The notes under the pieces are model-generated. The model was not told where the DNA came from. It made no database searches and saw only the letters and a list, made by a program, of their open reading frames with translations. A stretch of 64,000 nt of DNA, from the NCBI GenBank assembly GCA_030765605.1, contig JAVCCG010000098.1, forward strand, positions 30,835 through 94,834, read 5' to 3'. This stretch comes from Candidatus Alcyoniella australis. GTDB lineage: Bacteria; Lernaellota; Lernaellaia; JAVCCG01; Alcyoniellaceae. The position numbers and the translations under genes are program-made. Positions 46,764 through 56,106 of the stretch are shown here, in pieces. Each line of letters begins with the position of its first letter. Position 1 is the first letter of the stretch.

Positions 46764-47504
46764 ATGTACAGCATCGACGACGCAACCAACGCTTTCAAAT
46801 CGTACCTGGCCGGCACGGGCAAGCCCTTCGGCCTTGACCGCGAGGCGGTGCTGCTGGCGGCCCTGGACACCCACGAGCACTTTACCCACGGCCGGCTTGT
46901 GGACCGACTGCGCGAGGCCAACCCCGAGATCATGCCCGATCTGGTGCAGATGGCTCTGGGCGAGATGGTGCGCGCGGGCTTAATTCGCAAGGTGTTTTTC
47001 GGCGAGGGACCTGTCTACTACGAACACGTCTACGGCCATTTGCACCACGACCACTTGGTCTGCGTGCGCTGCGGAGAGCTGATCGAGTTCCGCTCTGACG
47101 TGATCGAGGCTGAGCAGCGCCGGATCGCCGAACAGCATGGGTTCAGGATTTTGCGTCACAGCCTGCAGATCATGGGCGTCTGCGAACGATGCAGCGCCGA
47201 GCCGCTGTCCCAGCTGCCGGAATTCGCAATCGAGGAGCAGCCGGACCCGGACCGCGTGCTGCCCTTGAGCCTGGTGCGCGACGGCCTACGCGCCCAGGTG
47301 GTGCAGATCGAGGGCGGCAGCAACCTCAAGCAGCGACTGACCTCCCTGGGTTTGACCCCCGGCGACGAGATCGAGGTCTGCCACAACACCTTTGCCGGAC
47401 CGTTCGTGATCAAGGTCAAGGGCTCGCGCATCGCCCTGGGTCGCGGGATGGTCGATCGAATCCAGGTACGGCGCATCCTCGAACCTGCAGAGGACGACGC
47501 ATGA
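46764..47504 (+). CDS. Fur-family regulator fused to a C-terminal FeoA (SH3-like) domain
   Basis: aa 1-150 Fur-like (HHDHLVCVRCG ... CERC); aa ~170-240 FeoA-like (LPLSLVRDGLRAQVVQIEGGSNLKQRLTSLGLTPGDEIEV...IKVKGSRIALGRGMVDRIQV). Confidence 0.75.
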   Translation: MYSIDDATNAFKSYLAGTGKPFGLDREAVLLAALDTHEHFTHGRLVDRLREANPEIMPDLVQMALGEMVRAGLIRKVFFGEGPVYYEHVYGHLHHDHLVCVRCGELIEFRSDVIEAEQRRIAEQHGFRILRHSLQIMGVCERCSAEPLSQLPEFAIEEQPDPDRVLPLSLVRDGLRAQVVQIEGGSNLKQRLTSLGLTPGDEIEVCHNTFAGPFVIKVKGSRIALGRGMVDRIQVRRILEPAEDDA

Positions 47505-47776
47505 GTCCCGGGCATCGCCACGGACACGGTCACGACCACGGGCCGACGCTGCGCGACTGTCGCGAGGGCGACGTGGCGACCGTGCTTCGCGTGCACGGCT
47601 CCGGCGCGTTCCGCCGGCGGCTGATCGAGATGGGCTTTACACCCGGCAGCGTGGTGCGCGTGGAGAAGTACGCCCCGCTCAAGGACCCGGTGGAGTTCGT
47701 GCTCAAGGGCTACCACGTCAGCCTGCGCCGCGAGGAGGCCGACCTAGTCCAGGTCGAGAAGCCAACCGAAGATTGA
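47501..47776 (+). CDS. feoA: FeoA with His-rich N-terminus
   Basis: ATGA overlap; MSPGHRHGHGHDHG then LRDCREGDVATVLRVHGSGAFRRRLIEMGFTPGSVVRV... Confidence 0.85.
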   Translation: MSPGHRHGHGHDHGPTLRDCREGDVATVLRVHGSGAFRRRLIEMGFTPGSVVRVEKYAPLKDPVEFVLKGYHVSLRREEADLVQVEKPTED

Positions 47777-47783
47777 GACGACA

Positions 47784-49961
47784 GTGAAACGCATCACTAT
47801 CGCCCTGGCGGGTAATCCAAACTCGGGCAAGACCACGATCTTCAACGCGCTGACCGGCGCGCGGCAGAAGGTCGGCAACTGGGGCGGCGTGACCGTCGAG
47901 CGCAAGCAGGGACACCTGGAGTTCGAGGGGTACGAGGTCACGGTTGTCGATCTGCCGGGCACATACTCGCTCACCGCTTACTCGATCGAGGAGCTGGTCG
48001 CCCGCAACTACATCGTGGACGAGCGACCCGACGTGGTGGTGGACATCGTCGACGCGGGCAATCTGGAGCGCAACCTGTACCTGACCACCCAGCTTGTGGA
48101 GCTGAGCTGCCCGCTGGTGATCGCGCTGAACATGATGGACGTGGCCGAGCAAAAGGGGCTGAAGATCGCCATCGGTCGGCTCAGCGAGATCTTCGGCGCG
48201 CCGCTGGTGCCCACGGTCGGCTCACGGGAAAAGGGACTGGAAAGCCTGCTGCGAGCCTGCATCGAAGTCGTCGAGGGGCGCAACGACGCAATACGCCCAG
48301 TGCGCATCCCCTACGGCTCCGAGGTCGAGGGTCACCTGGCCGAGCTGACACAGATGTTGCCGACCAGCCAAATCGAGCGCTGCTACGCTGCGGAGCGCTG
48401 GATGGCGATCAAACTGCTCGAGAACGACCGCCGGGCGATCGAGAACATCGCCGAGGCCGAAAATAGCGAGAAGCTGCTGCTGACGATTGAGCGCCTGCGC
48501 GAGCATCTGGTCTCGCTTTACGGCGACGACCCGGAATTGCTGTTCGCCGAACGACGCTACGGCTTCATCGCCGGCGCGCTTAAGGAGACGCTGACCGAAA
48601 CGCTGATCGACCGCGTCTCGGTCTCCGAGCAGATCGACCGCGTGCTGACCAACAGGCTGTTCGGCCTGCCGCTGTTCGCGCTGATGGTCTGGGCGATGTT
48701 CCAGTTCACGTTCACGGTCGGCGCCTACCCGATGGACTGGCTGGACATCGGCGTTTCCTGGCTCGGCCGAAGCGTGGGCGCGCTGCTTCCCGCGGGACTG
48801 CTGCGCGGGCTGATCGTCGAGGGCGTGATCGGCGGCGTGGGCTCGGTACTGGTGTTCATGCCCAACATCCTGCTGCTGTTTTTGTGCATCAGCTTCCTCG
48901 AGGACTCGGGCTACATGGCGCGCGCCGCTTTTTTGATGGACCGCGTGATGCACCTGCTGGGTCTGCACGGCAAGAGTTTTATCCCGTTGCTGATGGGCTT
49001 TGGCTGCACGGTTCCGGCGGTGATGGCCACGCGGACTCTGGAAAGCGAACGCGACCGGATTCTGACGATCATGATCAATCCGCTGATGTCGTGCTCTGCG
49101 CGGCTGCCGGTCTACGTGCTGCTCGCCGGCGCGTTCTTCCCCCCGGCGCGTGCCGGGACCGTGATCTTCTCGATCTATTTGCTTGGCGCGCTGCTGGCGG
49201 TGCTGGTCGGCAGGCTGTTCTCCAAAACAATCCTGCGCGGTCAGGCCGCGCCGTTCGTGATGGAGCTGCCGCCCTACCGCCTGCCCACGTTCAAAACCAC
49301 GGCGATTCACATGTGGGAGCGCTCCAAGATCTTCGTGCGCAAGATGGGCGGCGTGATCCTTGTGGGCAGCATTGTGATTTGGTTTCTTGGCGCGTTCCCG
49401 GTGCACGGACCGCGGCACCAAGAGCTGACCGGGCGGATCGATGCCCACGGCCTGAGCTACGGGCTGTACCAGGCCGGTGCCAACTCCAAACAGCGGTTGA
49501 CCATCGAGCTTTACCACACGGAGCACGTGGCCCAATTACAGCAAACACTGGAGGCCGATCGCATCGCTGAGAGCTACATCGGCCGCATCGGCCGGACCAT
49601 CGAGCCGATCTTCGCGCCGCTTGGACTGGATTGGCGCGCGGCCGTGGCCGTGCTCACCGGGTTCGTGGCCAAGGAGATTGTGGTCTCGACCCTGGGCGTG
49701 CTGATGCAGGTCGACGACGAGCAGCAGCCGGGCAACGCGGGGTTGATCGTCGCCCTGCGCAATACCGGCATGACCCCGCTGATCGCCTACGCTTTTATGG
49801 CGTTCATTTTGATCTATACGCCGTGCCTGGCCACGGTGGCCGCGATCCGCCGCGAGACCAACTCGCGCAAGTGGGCGGCGTTCAGCGTGGCCTACTCGTT
49901 CGTGCTGGCCTGGGTCGTGGCCTTTTCCATCAAGTCGGTCGGCGGGTTGCTCGGATTTTAG
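47784..49961 (+). CDS. feoB: Ferrous iron transporter FeoB
   Basis: 725 aa; GNPNSGKTTIFNALTG G1, DLPGTYS, NMMD; C-terminal polytopic membrane domain. Confidence 0.95.
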   Translation: MKRITIALAGNPNSGKTTIFNALTGARQKVGNWGGVTVERKQGHLEFEGYEVTVVDLPGTYSLTAYSIEELVARNYIVDERPDVVVDIVDAGNLERNLYLTTQLVELSCPLVIALNMMDVAEQKGLKIAIGRLSEIFGAPLVPTVGSREKGLESLLRACIEVVEGRNDAIRPVRIPYGSEVEGHLAELTQMLPTSQIERCYAAERWMAIKLLENDRRAIENIAEAENSEKLLLTIERLREHLVSLYGDDPELLFAERRYGFIAGALKETLTETLIDRVSVSEQIDRVLTNRLFGLPLFALMVWAMFQFTFTVGAYPMDWLDIGVSWLGRSVGALLPAGLLRGLIVEGVIGGVGSVLVFMPNILLLFLCISFLEDSGYMARAAFLMDRVMHLLGLHGKSFIPLLMGFGCTVPAVMATRTLESERDRILTIMINPLMSCSARLPVYVLLAGAFFPPARAGTVIFSIYLLGALLAVLVGRLFSKTILRGQAAPFVMELPPYRLPTFKTTAIHMWERSKIFVRKMGGVILVGSIVIWFLGAFPVHGPRHQELTGRIDAHGLSYGLYQAGANSKQRLTIELYHTEHVAQLQQTLEADRIAESYIGRIGRTIEPIFAPLGLDWRAAVAVLTGFVAKEIVVSTLGVLMQVDDEQQPGNAGLIVALRNTGMTPLIAYAFMAFILIYTPCLATVAAIRRETNSRKWAAFSVAYSFVLAWVVAFSIKSVGGLLGF

Positions 49962-50019
49962 CTCGTGGCGTTATGAGCGTTATAATCGATTTCTAAATAC
50001 GTCGACTGCGAGGGAAAGC

Positions 50020-50655
50020 ATGGGCGAGCGGCTCGATCTGGCATTGTTCGACCTGCGGTCCGGCTGGGCCGCGCTGAAGATCCTGGCGTCCGAGCTGGGC
50101 TGGTTCGGGGCGCTGGGGGTCGGCCTGCGGATCGCGGTCGGCCAGGCGCGCGGCGAGCCGTTTAAAAAGCTCGGCCCGCCGCAAAGCCGTGGCGAGGAGC
50201 TGACCCGGCGGCAGGCAGCGGGCGCGGTGCTGCTCGAACGCGCGTTGGCGCGGCGGATGGAGAGCGACCAGGCGTTTAACCTCACCCAGCGCGTGGTCGA
50301 GGAGGGCTCGCTGATCTTCCTGCGCGCGCAGATCCCGCGCATTGAGCGGCCGCGGGTGCTGGCGATGTCCGGCGACGAACGGTTGGCGTTTTTGCGCGGC
50401 ATCAGCGCGCGCTTTCCCAACTCCACGGTCGAGGGGCTGAAGATCGAGGGCGAGAGCGAGTTCGAGTTCAAGGTGGTGCGCTGTTTGTTCGTCGAACTCT
50501 GCGCGCGCATCGAGCGGCCCGACTTGGCGCCGTTGTTCTGCGCCGGCGATTTGCTGTACTTCGAACGCGAGCAACCCCAGGTGCGGCTGCAACGGCCCAG
50601 CACGCTGTCCGAGGGTGGCGAGTGCTGCCATTTCCAGTTCCGCTGGAAAGGTTAA
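50020..50655 (+). CDS. Hypothetical protein, ATC-hydrolase-like (L-2-amino-thiazoline-4-carboxylate hydrolase family look)
   Basis: 211 aa; C-terminal CLFVELC...LFCAGDLLYF...EGGECCHFQFRW pattern recalled from that family; low certainty. Confidence 0.5.
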   Translation: MGERLDLALFDLRSGWAALKILASELGWFGALGVGLRIAVGQARGEPFKKLGPPQSRGEELTRRQAAGAVLLERALARRMESDQAFNLTQRVVEEGSLIFLRAQIPRIERPRVLAMSGDERLAFLRGISARFPNSTVEGLKIEGESEFEFKVVRCLFVELCARIERPDLAPLFCAGDLLYFEREQPQVRLQRPSTLSEGGECCHFQFRWKG

Positions 50656-52370
50656 TGGACAACCGCGGAATCGCCGAGAAGCTCGAACAGATCGCCCTGC
50701 TGCTCGAGCTGCGCGGCGAGGTGGTGTTCAAAATTCGCGCCTACCAAAACGCGGCGCGGATGCTCAAGGGACTCGAGGAAGACCTGGAGCAGTTCGTCCA
50801 GCGCGCCAATGCCGGCGAGGTCAAGGGAATCGGCAAGGCGCTGAGCGAAAAGATCGAGGCCCTCTATCGCACGGACGAACTGCCCTACCTCGAACGCCTG
50901 ATCGCCCAGTTCGAGCCCGGAATGCTCGAGCTGCTCAAGGTGCCCGGCCTGGGAGCGAAAAAGGTGCGGGCGCTGCACGAGCAACTGGGGATCAGCTCAT
51001 TGGGCGAGCTGGAGTACGCCTGCCACGAGAACCGGCTTGTAGAGCTCAAGGGGTTCGGCGCCAAGAGCCAGGCGGCGATTCTTGAAGGCATCGTGCGCGT
51101 GCGGCGCTTCTCCCGCCGCGTGCGCTATCCCACGGCCCGCACGGCCGCCGATGCCATGCTTCAAACGTTGAACAGCAGCGGATTGGCCCAGAGGATCGAG
51201 GTCGCCGGCTCGTTGCGGCGCAGGCTCGAGACGGTCAAGGACCTCGACCTGCTCGCCGCCTCGAACGACCCCGAAGCCATGATGCGCGCCTTTATCGAAC
51301 AGCCCGAGGCAACGCAAATCATTGGCCACGGCGAGACCATGTCATCGCTGGTGCTGCAATCGGGAATCGCCGCGGATCTACGCGTGGTCTCATCCGAGCA
51401 GTGGCCCGCGGCCTTGATACACTTCACCGGCAGCAAAGAGCACAACACGCAGCTGCGCTCGCGCGCCAAAGGCCTGGGGTTCAAGCTCAACGAGTACGGA
51501 TTGTTCCGCGGCGAGACGCCCCAGCCGCTGGCCGACGAGGCCGATCTCTACGCCAAGCTGGGTCTGCACTATATCCCGCCCGAGGCGCGCGAGGGCCAAG
51601 GCGAGATCGAGCTTGCCGAACGCTCGAAGTTCCCGCGGCTGGTCGAGGTCTCGGACCTGCGCGGGATAGTGCACTGCCACACCACATTCTCCGACGGCAG
51701 CAACACGCTGGAGGCCATGGCCCACGCCGTGCTTGAGCGCGGCTACCAATATTTGGGCGTGTCCGACCACTCCCAAAGCGCGTCGTACGCCGGCGGACTC
51801 AAACCCGACGACATCAAACGCCAGCGCGAAGAGGTGCAGCGGCTCAACAGCGAGCTGGCGCCGTTTCGCATTTTGCACGGTATCGAGTCCGACATTCTGG
51901 CCGACGGATCGCTGGACTACGACGAGGCGCTGCTGGACTCCCTGGACTTCGTCATCGCCTCGGTGCACTCGCAATTCAACATGAGCTTCGAGCAGATGAC
52001 CGCGCGGATCGTCGCCGCGGTGCGCAACCCCTACACCACGATCCTGGGCCATCCCACGGGCCGGCTGCTGCTCTCGCGCGAGGCCTACCCGCTGGACGTC
52101 GAGGCCGTGCTCGAGGTCGCGGCCCAAACCGGCACGGCCATCGAGCTCAACGCCAATCCGCACCGTCTGGACCTGGATTGGCGTCATCACCGCCGTGCCA
52201 AGCAGCTCGGCGTCTTGATTGCAATCTGCCCTGACGCGCACTCGATCAAGGGCATCGACGACGTGGCCTACGGCGTGGGCATCGCACGCAAGGGCTGGCT
52301 GGGTCCGCAGGACGTGTTGACCTGTCTGGACCTGCCGCACCTGCTGTCGTTGCTGCGGGCGCATGGCTGA
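50655..52370 (+). CDS. DNA polymerase X family protein with C-terminal PHP domain
   Basis: ATG 50655 overlaps upstream TAA (TAATG); HhH motifs GIGKALSEKI / GLGAKKVRAL; GSLRRRLETVKDLDLLA; HCHTTFSDG PHP. Confidence 0.9.
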   Translation: MDNRGIAEKLEQIALLLELRGEVVFKIRAYQNAARMLKGLEEDLEQFVQRANAGEVKGIGKALSEKIEALYRTDELPYLERLIAQFEPGMLELLKVPGLGAKKVRALHEQLGISSLGELEYACHENRLVELKGFGAKSQAAILEGIVRVRRFSRRVRYPTARTAADAMLQTLNSSGLAQRIEVAGSLRRRLETVKDLDLLAASNDPEAMMRAFIEQPEATQIIGHGETMSSLVLQSGIAADLRVVSSEQWPAALIHFTGSKEHNTQLRSRAKGLGFKLNEYGLFRGETPQPLADEADLYAKLGLHYIPPEAREGQGEIELAERSKFPRLVEVSDLRGIVHCHTTFSDGSNTLEAMAHAVLERGYQYLGVSDHSQSASYAGGLKPDDIKRQREEVQRLNSELAPFRILHGIESDILADGSLDYDEALLDSLDFVIASVHSQFNMSFEQMTARIVAAVRNPYTTILGHPTGRLLLSREAYPLDVEAVLEVAAQTGTAIELNANPHRLDLDWRHHRRAKQLGVLIAICPDAHSIKGIDDVAYGVGIARKGWLGPQDVLTCLDLPHLLSLLRAHG

Positions 52371-54039
52371 ATCGAAGCACACCTCAGCCCATCCACGGGC
52401 AATCCGTCAACACCGCGCCGCGTACAACGCCCTAGGCTACCTGATGCGTACGCTGTTGGTGTGGGCTGCGCTGATCTACGTGATCAAGCAGCTGCACGAG
52501 CGCTACTTCTCGATCCGCAACGCCGTCGGCCTGATGGACGTGATCGCGCAGCTCGACCTGTTCCACGATTTAAGTTACGCGCTGCTGCCCGCGGCGCTGC
52601 TGTTGCTCTTGGCGCCGCGATTGCGCACCAAGCCGCTGCCACGTTTGATGCTGCTGCTTGCGCTGCCCGTCGCACTGGCCGTGTCGTTCTACTTGTCCCG
52701 ACTCCCGTTGCACGTCGCGCAGGGCTACTGGCCGCAGACCGCGGAGGTCAACGGATCGGACCGGGCCGCAAACTATCTGGGTCTCAACCTGTTCATCGTG
52801 CTCTGGTTTCACGTGCTCGGGCAGTCCGGCGGCGCCTTGCAGACGGCGGCGGCGCGTCTGCCGCTGCTCTCCGACCTGTTGGTACCGTCTCTGGTCTGGG
52901 CCACCGGCCGCGCGCGCAACGGGCTGTGGTTCGCCCCTTTGCGCGTATTTCAGACGGCGCTGGTCTGCACTGCGCTGTTCGTCCCCTGGGTGATCCACCC
53001 CCATCCGCTGGAGTCGATCCCCCCGGAACTGGACCGCTTCAGCAATGCGCCGATGCGGCGGCTGATCGGCCCGCCCGCGTACCAGGTCTTCGTGCATCCA
53101 AATAACGGCACGCTGCTGATGACCATCAACACCCAAGGGATCTACCTGATCGATCCGCAGGACGGTTCACGCCTGGCCGAGCTCGAGCCCGGGCTGCCGA
53201 ACATGCAGATCGTGGCCTATGACGATCAAACCGATCAATACGTGTACGTCGATGCGGACGCGGGACGCACCCTGGAGCTCGACGCAGCGACCCTGCAGAT
53301 CGTGCGTGAGACTGCAATCGAAAATCCGATGCCCGATCTGATCGAACAGTACATGCTGATGACGCTGCTGCCGGACGGACGCGACACGCTGGCGGTCTAC
53401 TGCCAGGTGGCGGTCTTACGCGTCACTCCCCAGGGCGATCGAATCAGCGCCTATAATATTCACCAAAGCCTGCTCTCCTCGGTGGAGTACGACCCACGCC
53501 GCAAGACTTACCACGTCCCGTTGTGGGCGCCTGGAGAGCTGGTCGAGATGGACGGCGAGTCGCTGTGGATCGGGCGCAGGCTGGCCATCCCCAACTTCGC
53601 CGAGCGCACGGCTCTGGACCCGCAGACCGACCTGTTGTACGTGGCGTTGCCCCTGCGCGGCCAGTTGCTGGCAGTGGATTTGGAGCGCTATCAGCCCGCG
53701 GCGCTGGTGCCAAGTTTTCCGGGACTGCGACTGGTCAGCCTGGATCACGCCGGCGGCCGGATGATTATCTCGGGCTTCGCCCCGCTGATCGAGGTGCGCT
53801 CGCTTAGCGATTACTCGCTGATCGACCGCATCCCCGGACCGCCCTGGGCGCGCTGGATGGACGTCGACGAGCGCAACTCCAAGCTCTACCTCACCTCTTG
53901 CATCTATGGACTGTACGAGTTGGACCTGGATGCGCTGGGCGGCGATTCGTGGCCCGCACGCTGGCGGCGCATGGATCCGTTCTACCCGGCGGCCGGCCTG
54001 CTCGCGCGCCTCATCACAAGCTTGCTGGGATGGAACTGA
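52363..54039 (+). CDS. Membrane protein with C-terminal beta-propeller-like (YncE-like) domain
   Basis: About 6 N-terminal TM helices then ~330 aa of repeated beta-strand modules (...LYVALPLRGQLLAVDL..., ...KLYLTSCIYGLYELDL...); 8-nt overlap with PolX. Confidence 0.65.
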   Translation: MAESKHTSAHPRAIRQHRAAYNALGYLMRTLLVWAALIYVIKQLHERYFSIRNAVGLMDVIAQLDLFHDLSYALLPAALLLLLAPRLRTKPLPRLMLLLALPVALAVSFYLSRLPLHVAQGYWPQTAEVNGSDRAANYLGLNLFIVLWFHVLGQSGGALQTAAARLPLLSDLLVPSLVWATGRARNGLWFAPLRVFQTALVCTALFVPWVIHPHPLESIPPELDRFSNAPMRRLIGPPAYQVFVHPNNGTLLMTINTQGIYLIDPQDGSRLAELEPGLPNMQIVAYDDQTDQYVYVDADAGRTLELDAATLQIVRETAIENPMPDLIEQYMLMTLLPDGRDTLAVYCQVAVLRVTPQGDRISAYNIHQSLLSSVEYDPRRKTYHVPLWAPGELVEMDGESLWIGRRLAIPNFAERTALDPQTDLLYVALPLRGQLLAVDLERYQPAALVPSFPGLRLVSLDHAGGRMIISGFAPLIEVRSLSDYSLIDRIPGPPWARWMDVDERNSKLYLTSCIYGLYELDLDALGGDSWPARWRRMDPFYPAAGLLARLITSLLGWN

Positions 54040-54049
54040 GAAACACGCC

Positions 54050-54088
54050 ATAAATACAAACAAGACGGGCGCGGCCAAGGCCGCGCCC
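54050..54088. terminator. Bidirectional terminator between convergent genes
   Basis: GGGCGCGGCC-aa-GGCCGCGCCC (54067-54088); on minus strand followed by GTCTTGTTTGTATTTAT. Confidence 0.7.
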
Positions 54089-54117
54089 GCCATTCTCGGT
54101 TGCTGGCTATCCGGGGC

Positions 54118-55023
54118 TTACTTTCCGCAGTTTGACTGGGCGGCGATGGAGGTGATCATCCCCTTCTCCGCTCCGCTGATGATCCCTGCCTTCTTGCACT
54201 CATTGGTGTAGTGGGCCACGCAGGACTCGTACTCACCGTGGTTGGCCCAATCCCAGTCGCAGGGGCACATTGCCTCGATCGGGCAGTCGCCGGGATACAC
54301 CGGATTGTCATCATCATCATCATCATCGTCGTCGTCGTCGTCGTCGCCGCCAATGTCGTCGTCATCATCGTCGTCGGCATCGTCGTCATCGTCGTCGTCG
54401 CCCAGGTCGTCGTCATCGTCGGCGTCGTCATCGTCGTCGCCGTCATCGTCATCGTCGGCGTCGTCATCGTCGTCGCCGCCCAGGTCGTCGTCATCGTCAT
54501 CGTCGTCGCCCGCGACAGCCCCGTCTCCGGGCCCGCAACATAGAGGAGCCATCGGATCCTCGTCAAACTCGGCGACGTCAGGGGCGTTGTCGTCAAGGGC
54601 ATAGATATAGTTGGAGCTGTTGAGCTGCGAGGTGCTGCAGATCACCCAGTCATGCGGCTGGTATCCGTCTATTCCCTCGGGAAAGGCGTTGACCAGGGTG
54701 CCCGATCCGCCCTCACCGTCCTCGTCGATGTAGGGGCTGATGATCTCGTATTCACCTGCAATCGAATCCTTGCCCGTGCGGCTGTACATATCATCCAACT
54801 CGGCCGTGGTCGGCGGCATGCCATGGTCCTCCTGGAAGATAACCGCCAGGGACTGCAGATTGCGAACGTCCATCATCACACTTGCGTTCTCGGCGTCTCC
54901 GCGCACTGAGGCGTAAATCGGGATGGCGATCGCCGACAAAATGCCGATCACTGCGACCACGATCATCATCTCGATCAGAGAGAATCCGTTCTCTGCTCTT
55001 GTGTGCATTGCTTTTCTTTCCAT
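54118..55023 (-). CDS. Type IV pilin/pseudopilin-like protein with poly-Asp linker and Cys-rich C-terminal module
   Basis: ATG 55023 with GGAGGGG SD; prepilin motif G-FSLIEMMIVVAVIGILSAIAIP; 68-aa tract with 55 Asp; terminal 62 aa with 6 Cys (CPIEAMCPCDWDWANHGEYESCVAHYTNEC...NCGK). Confidence 0.85.
   Translation of the reverse strand: MERKAMHTRAENGFSLIEMMIVVAVIGILSAIAIPIYASVRGDAENASVMMDVRNLQSLAVIFQEDHGMPPTTAELDDMYSRTGKDSIAGEYEIISPYIDEDGEGGSGTLVNAFPEGIDGYQPHDWVICSTSQLNSSNYIYALDDNAPDVAEFDEDPMAPLCCGPGDGAVAGDDDDDDDDLGGDDDDDADDDDDGDDDDDADDDDDLGDDDDDDDADDDDDDDIGGDDDDDDDDDDDDDNPVYPGDCPIEAMCPCDWDWANHGEYESCVAHYTNECKKAGIISGAEKGMITSIAAQSNCGK
54307..54510 (-). repeat. 204-nt GAC/GAT trinucleotide tract (poly-Asp coding)
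   Basis: Runs of gtc/atc codons interrupted by single gcc/ggc/cag/aat codons; D8-LGG-D5-A-D5-G-D5-A-D5-LG-D7-A-D7-IGG-D13. Confidence 0.9.
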
Positions 55024-55295
55024 GACAGCCCCTCCATTTTGAGCGCCAGCGAATAAGAGATATTCACGAAGCATGCCAAGGGCTTCGCTAAATATAAACG
55101 ACCTGATTACAATGAGTTGAATGCCATAAGGGATGAAGTTCCGTAATTGCTCAAGTTGGTTATAAAACTTTTTGAAACCAACTGTTTACAATACGTAACA
55201 GCGACCCCGCACAATTGGTCGCCAAACAGCGGCGCCAGCCCGGAATTGGGGCGGTCCGCGTTTAGCCCGATTTTATCTTTGGAAATAGGTGGTCG

Positions 55296-55320
55296 GTGCG
55301 GCGGCTGTGAGCCGCCGCAC
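55296..55320 (-). terminator. GC hairpin downstream of the second pilin-like gene (terminator candidate, no U tract)
   Basis: GTGCGGCGGC-tgtga-GCCGCCGCAC, 18 nt past the stop at 55338. Confidence 0.4.
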
Positions 55321-55337
55321 TCGAAGAATAATGCGGG

Positions 55338-55847
55338 CTATAAAAACTGGTCGATATTCAGTGGATCCTGCCCGTCGGGCACGCGCACCAGCGGGTTGTC
55401 GTCCATGCCGAAGATGTATTCGTATTTCGGAAGTTCGCGGGTGCTGAAGATCAGGAAGAACTTGGGCGCGTATTCCGATGGAGCAGGCAGGCCGTTGGCG
55501 CCGCCCACACCGGGATTGCCGTCGTCCCAACCGTCCCAGTCGTTGCCGTGGCCGTTGTTGTCGTCTTCACTGTTGATCATGATCATGTATTCGCCCACGA
55601 TCGAGTCCTTGCCCGACCTACGATACATTTCGTCGAGCTGATCGAGCGTCGGCGGCGTCCCCTTGTCCTCCATGTAGATCACGGCCAGCGACTGGAGGTT
55701 GCGGATATCGCTCACAACTTCAATGAGTTCGGCATCGGCCCGCACTCCCCTGTAGGTGGGAATTGCGATTGCAGACAGAATACCGATAATACCGATCACA
55801 ATCACAAGCTCGATTAGGGTGAATCCTGCTTTCGCTCGAGCATCCAT
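55338..55847 (-). CDS. Type IV pilin/pseudopilin-like protein (169 aa), paralogue of 54118-55023 core
   Basis: ATG 55847 with GAGGAGGG SD gives MDARAKAG-FTLIELVIVIGIIGILSAIAIP; shares ...NLQSLAVI..ED.G.PPT...LD.MY.R.GKDSI.GEY.I with neighbour. Confidence 0.85.
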   Translation of the reverse strand: MDARAKAGFTLIELVIVIGIIGILSAIAIPTYRGVRADAELIEVVSDIRNLQSLAVIYMEDKGTPPTLDQLDEMYRRSGKDSIVGEYMIMINSEDDNNGHGNDWDGWDDGNPGVGGANGLPAPSEYAPKFFLIFSTRELPKYEYIFGMDDNPLVRVPDGQDPLNIDQFL

Positions 55848-56106
55848 TTTATCGCCCTCCTCGCCTTTGGATCGGCTCCGTCGCTCCAATTGCGGTGTTT
55901 CATGCTACCTCTCCGTCTTGATGAGATACATTCCCCATGCCACAATGGAGATAAATCTTGATTGCTTTATCGTTTCAACTGATTGATGTTAGAGCTGCAC
56001 AACATGTGGGGGCGATCGCTGCATAACTTATTCGCCAACAGGCTTACAAAAGGTAAGTATTTAGCCCGTAATACTAGTATTAAACTTGTCTTTGTTTACG
56101 CGATTG

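Noticed and set aside
54211-54623. Plus-strand ORFs encoding poly-Ser, poly-Arg/His and poly-Val/Ile opposite the pilin poly-Asp tract
   Set aside because: These are antisense and frame-shifted readings of the GAC/GAT microsatellite. The minus-strand frame is continuous with a bona fide prepilin N-terminus and a strong SD.
55024-56106. Sigma-54 (GG-N10-GC) promoters upstream of the two pilin-like genes
   Set aside because: I inspected TGGCAT-containing stretches on the minus strand (near 55110 and 55950). The -12 GC element is missing or out of register, so no call was made.
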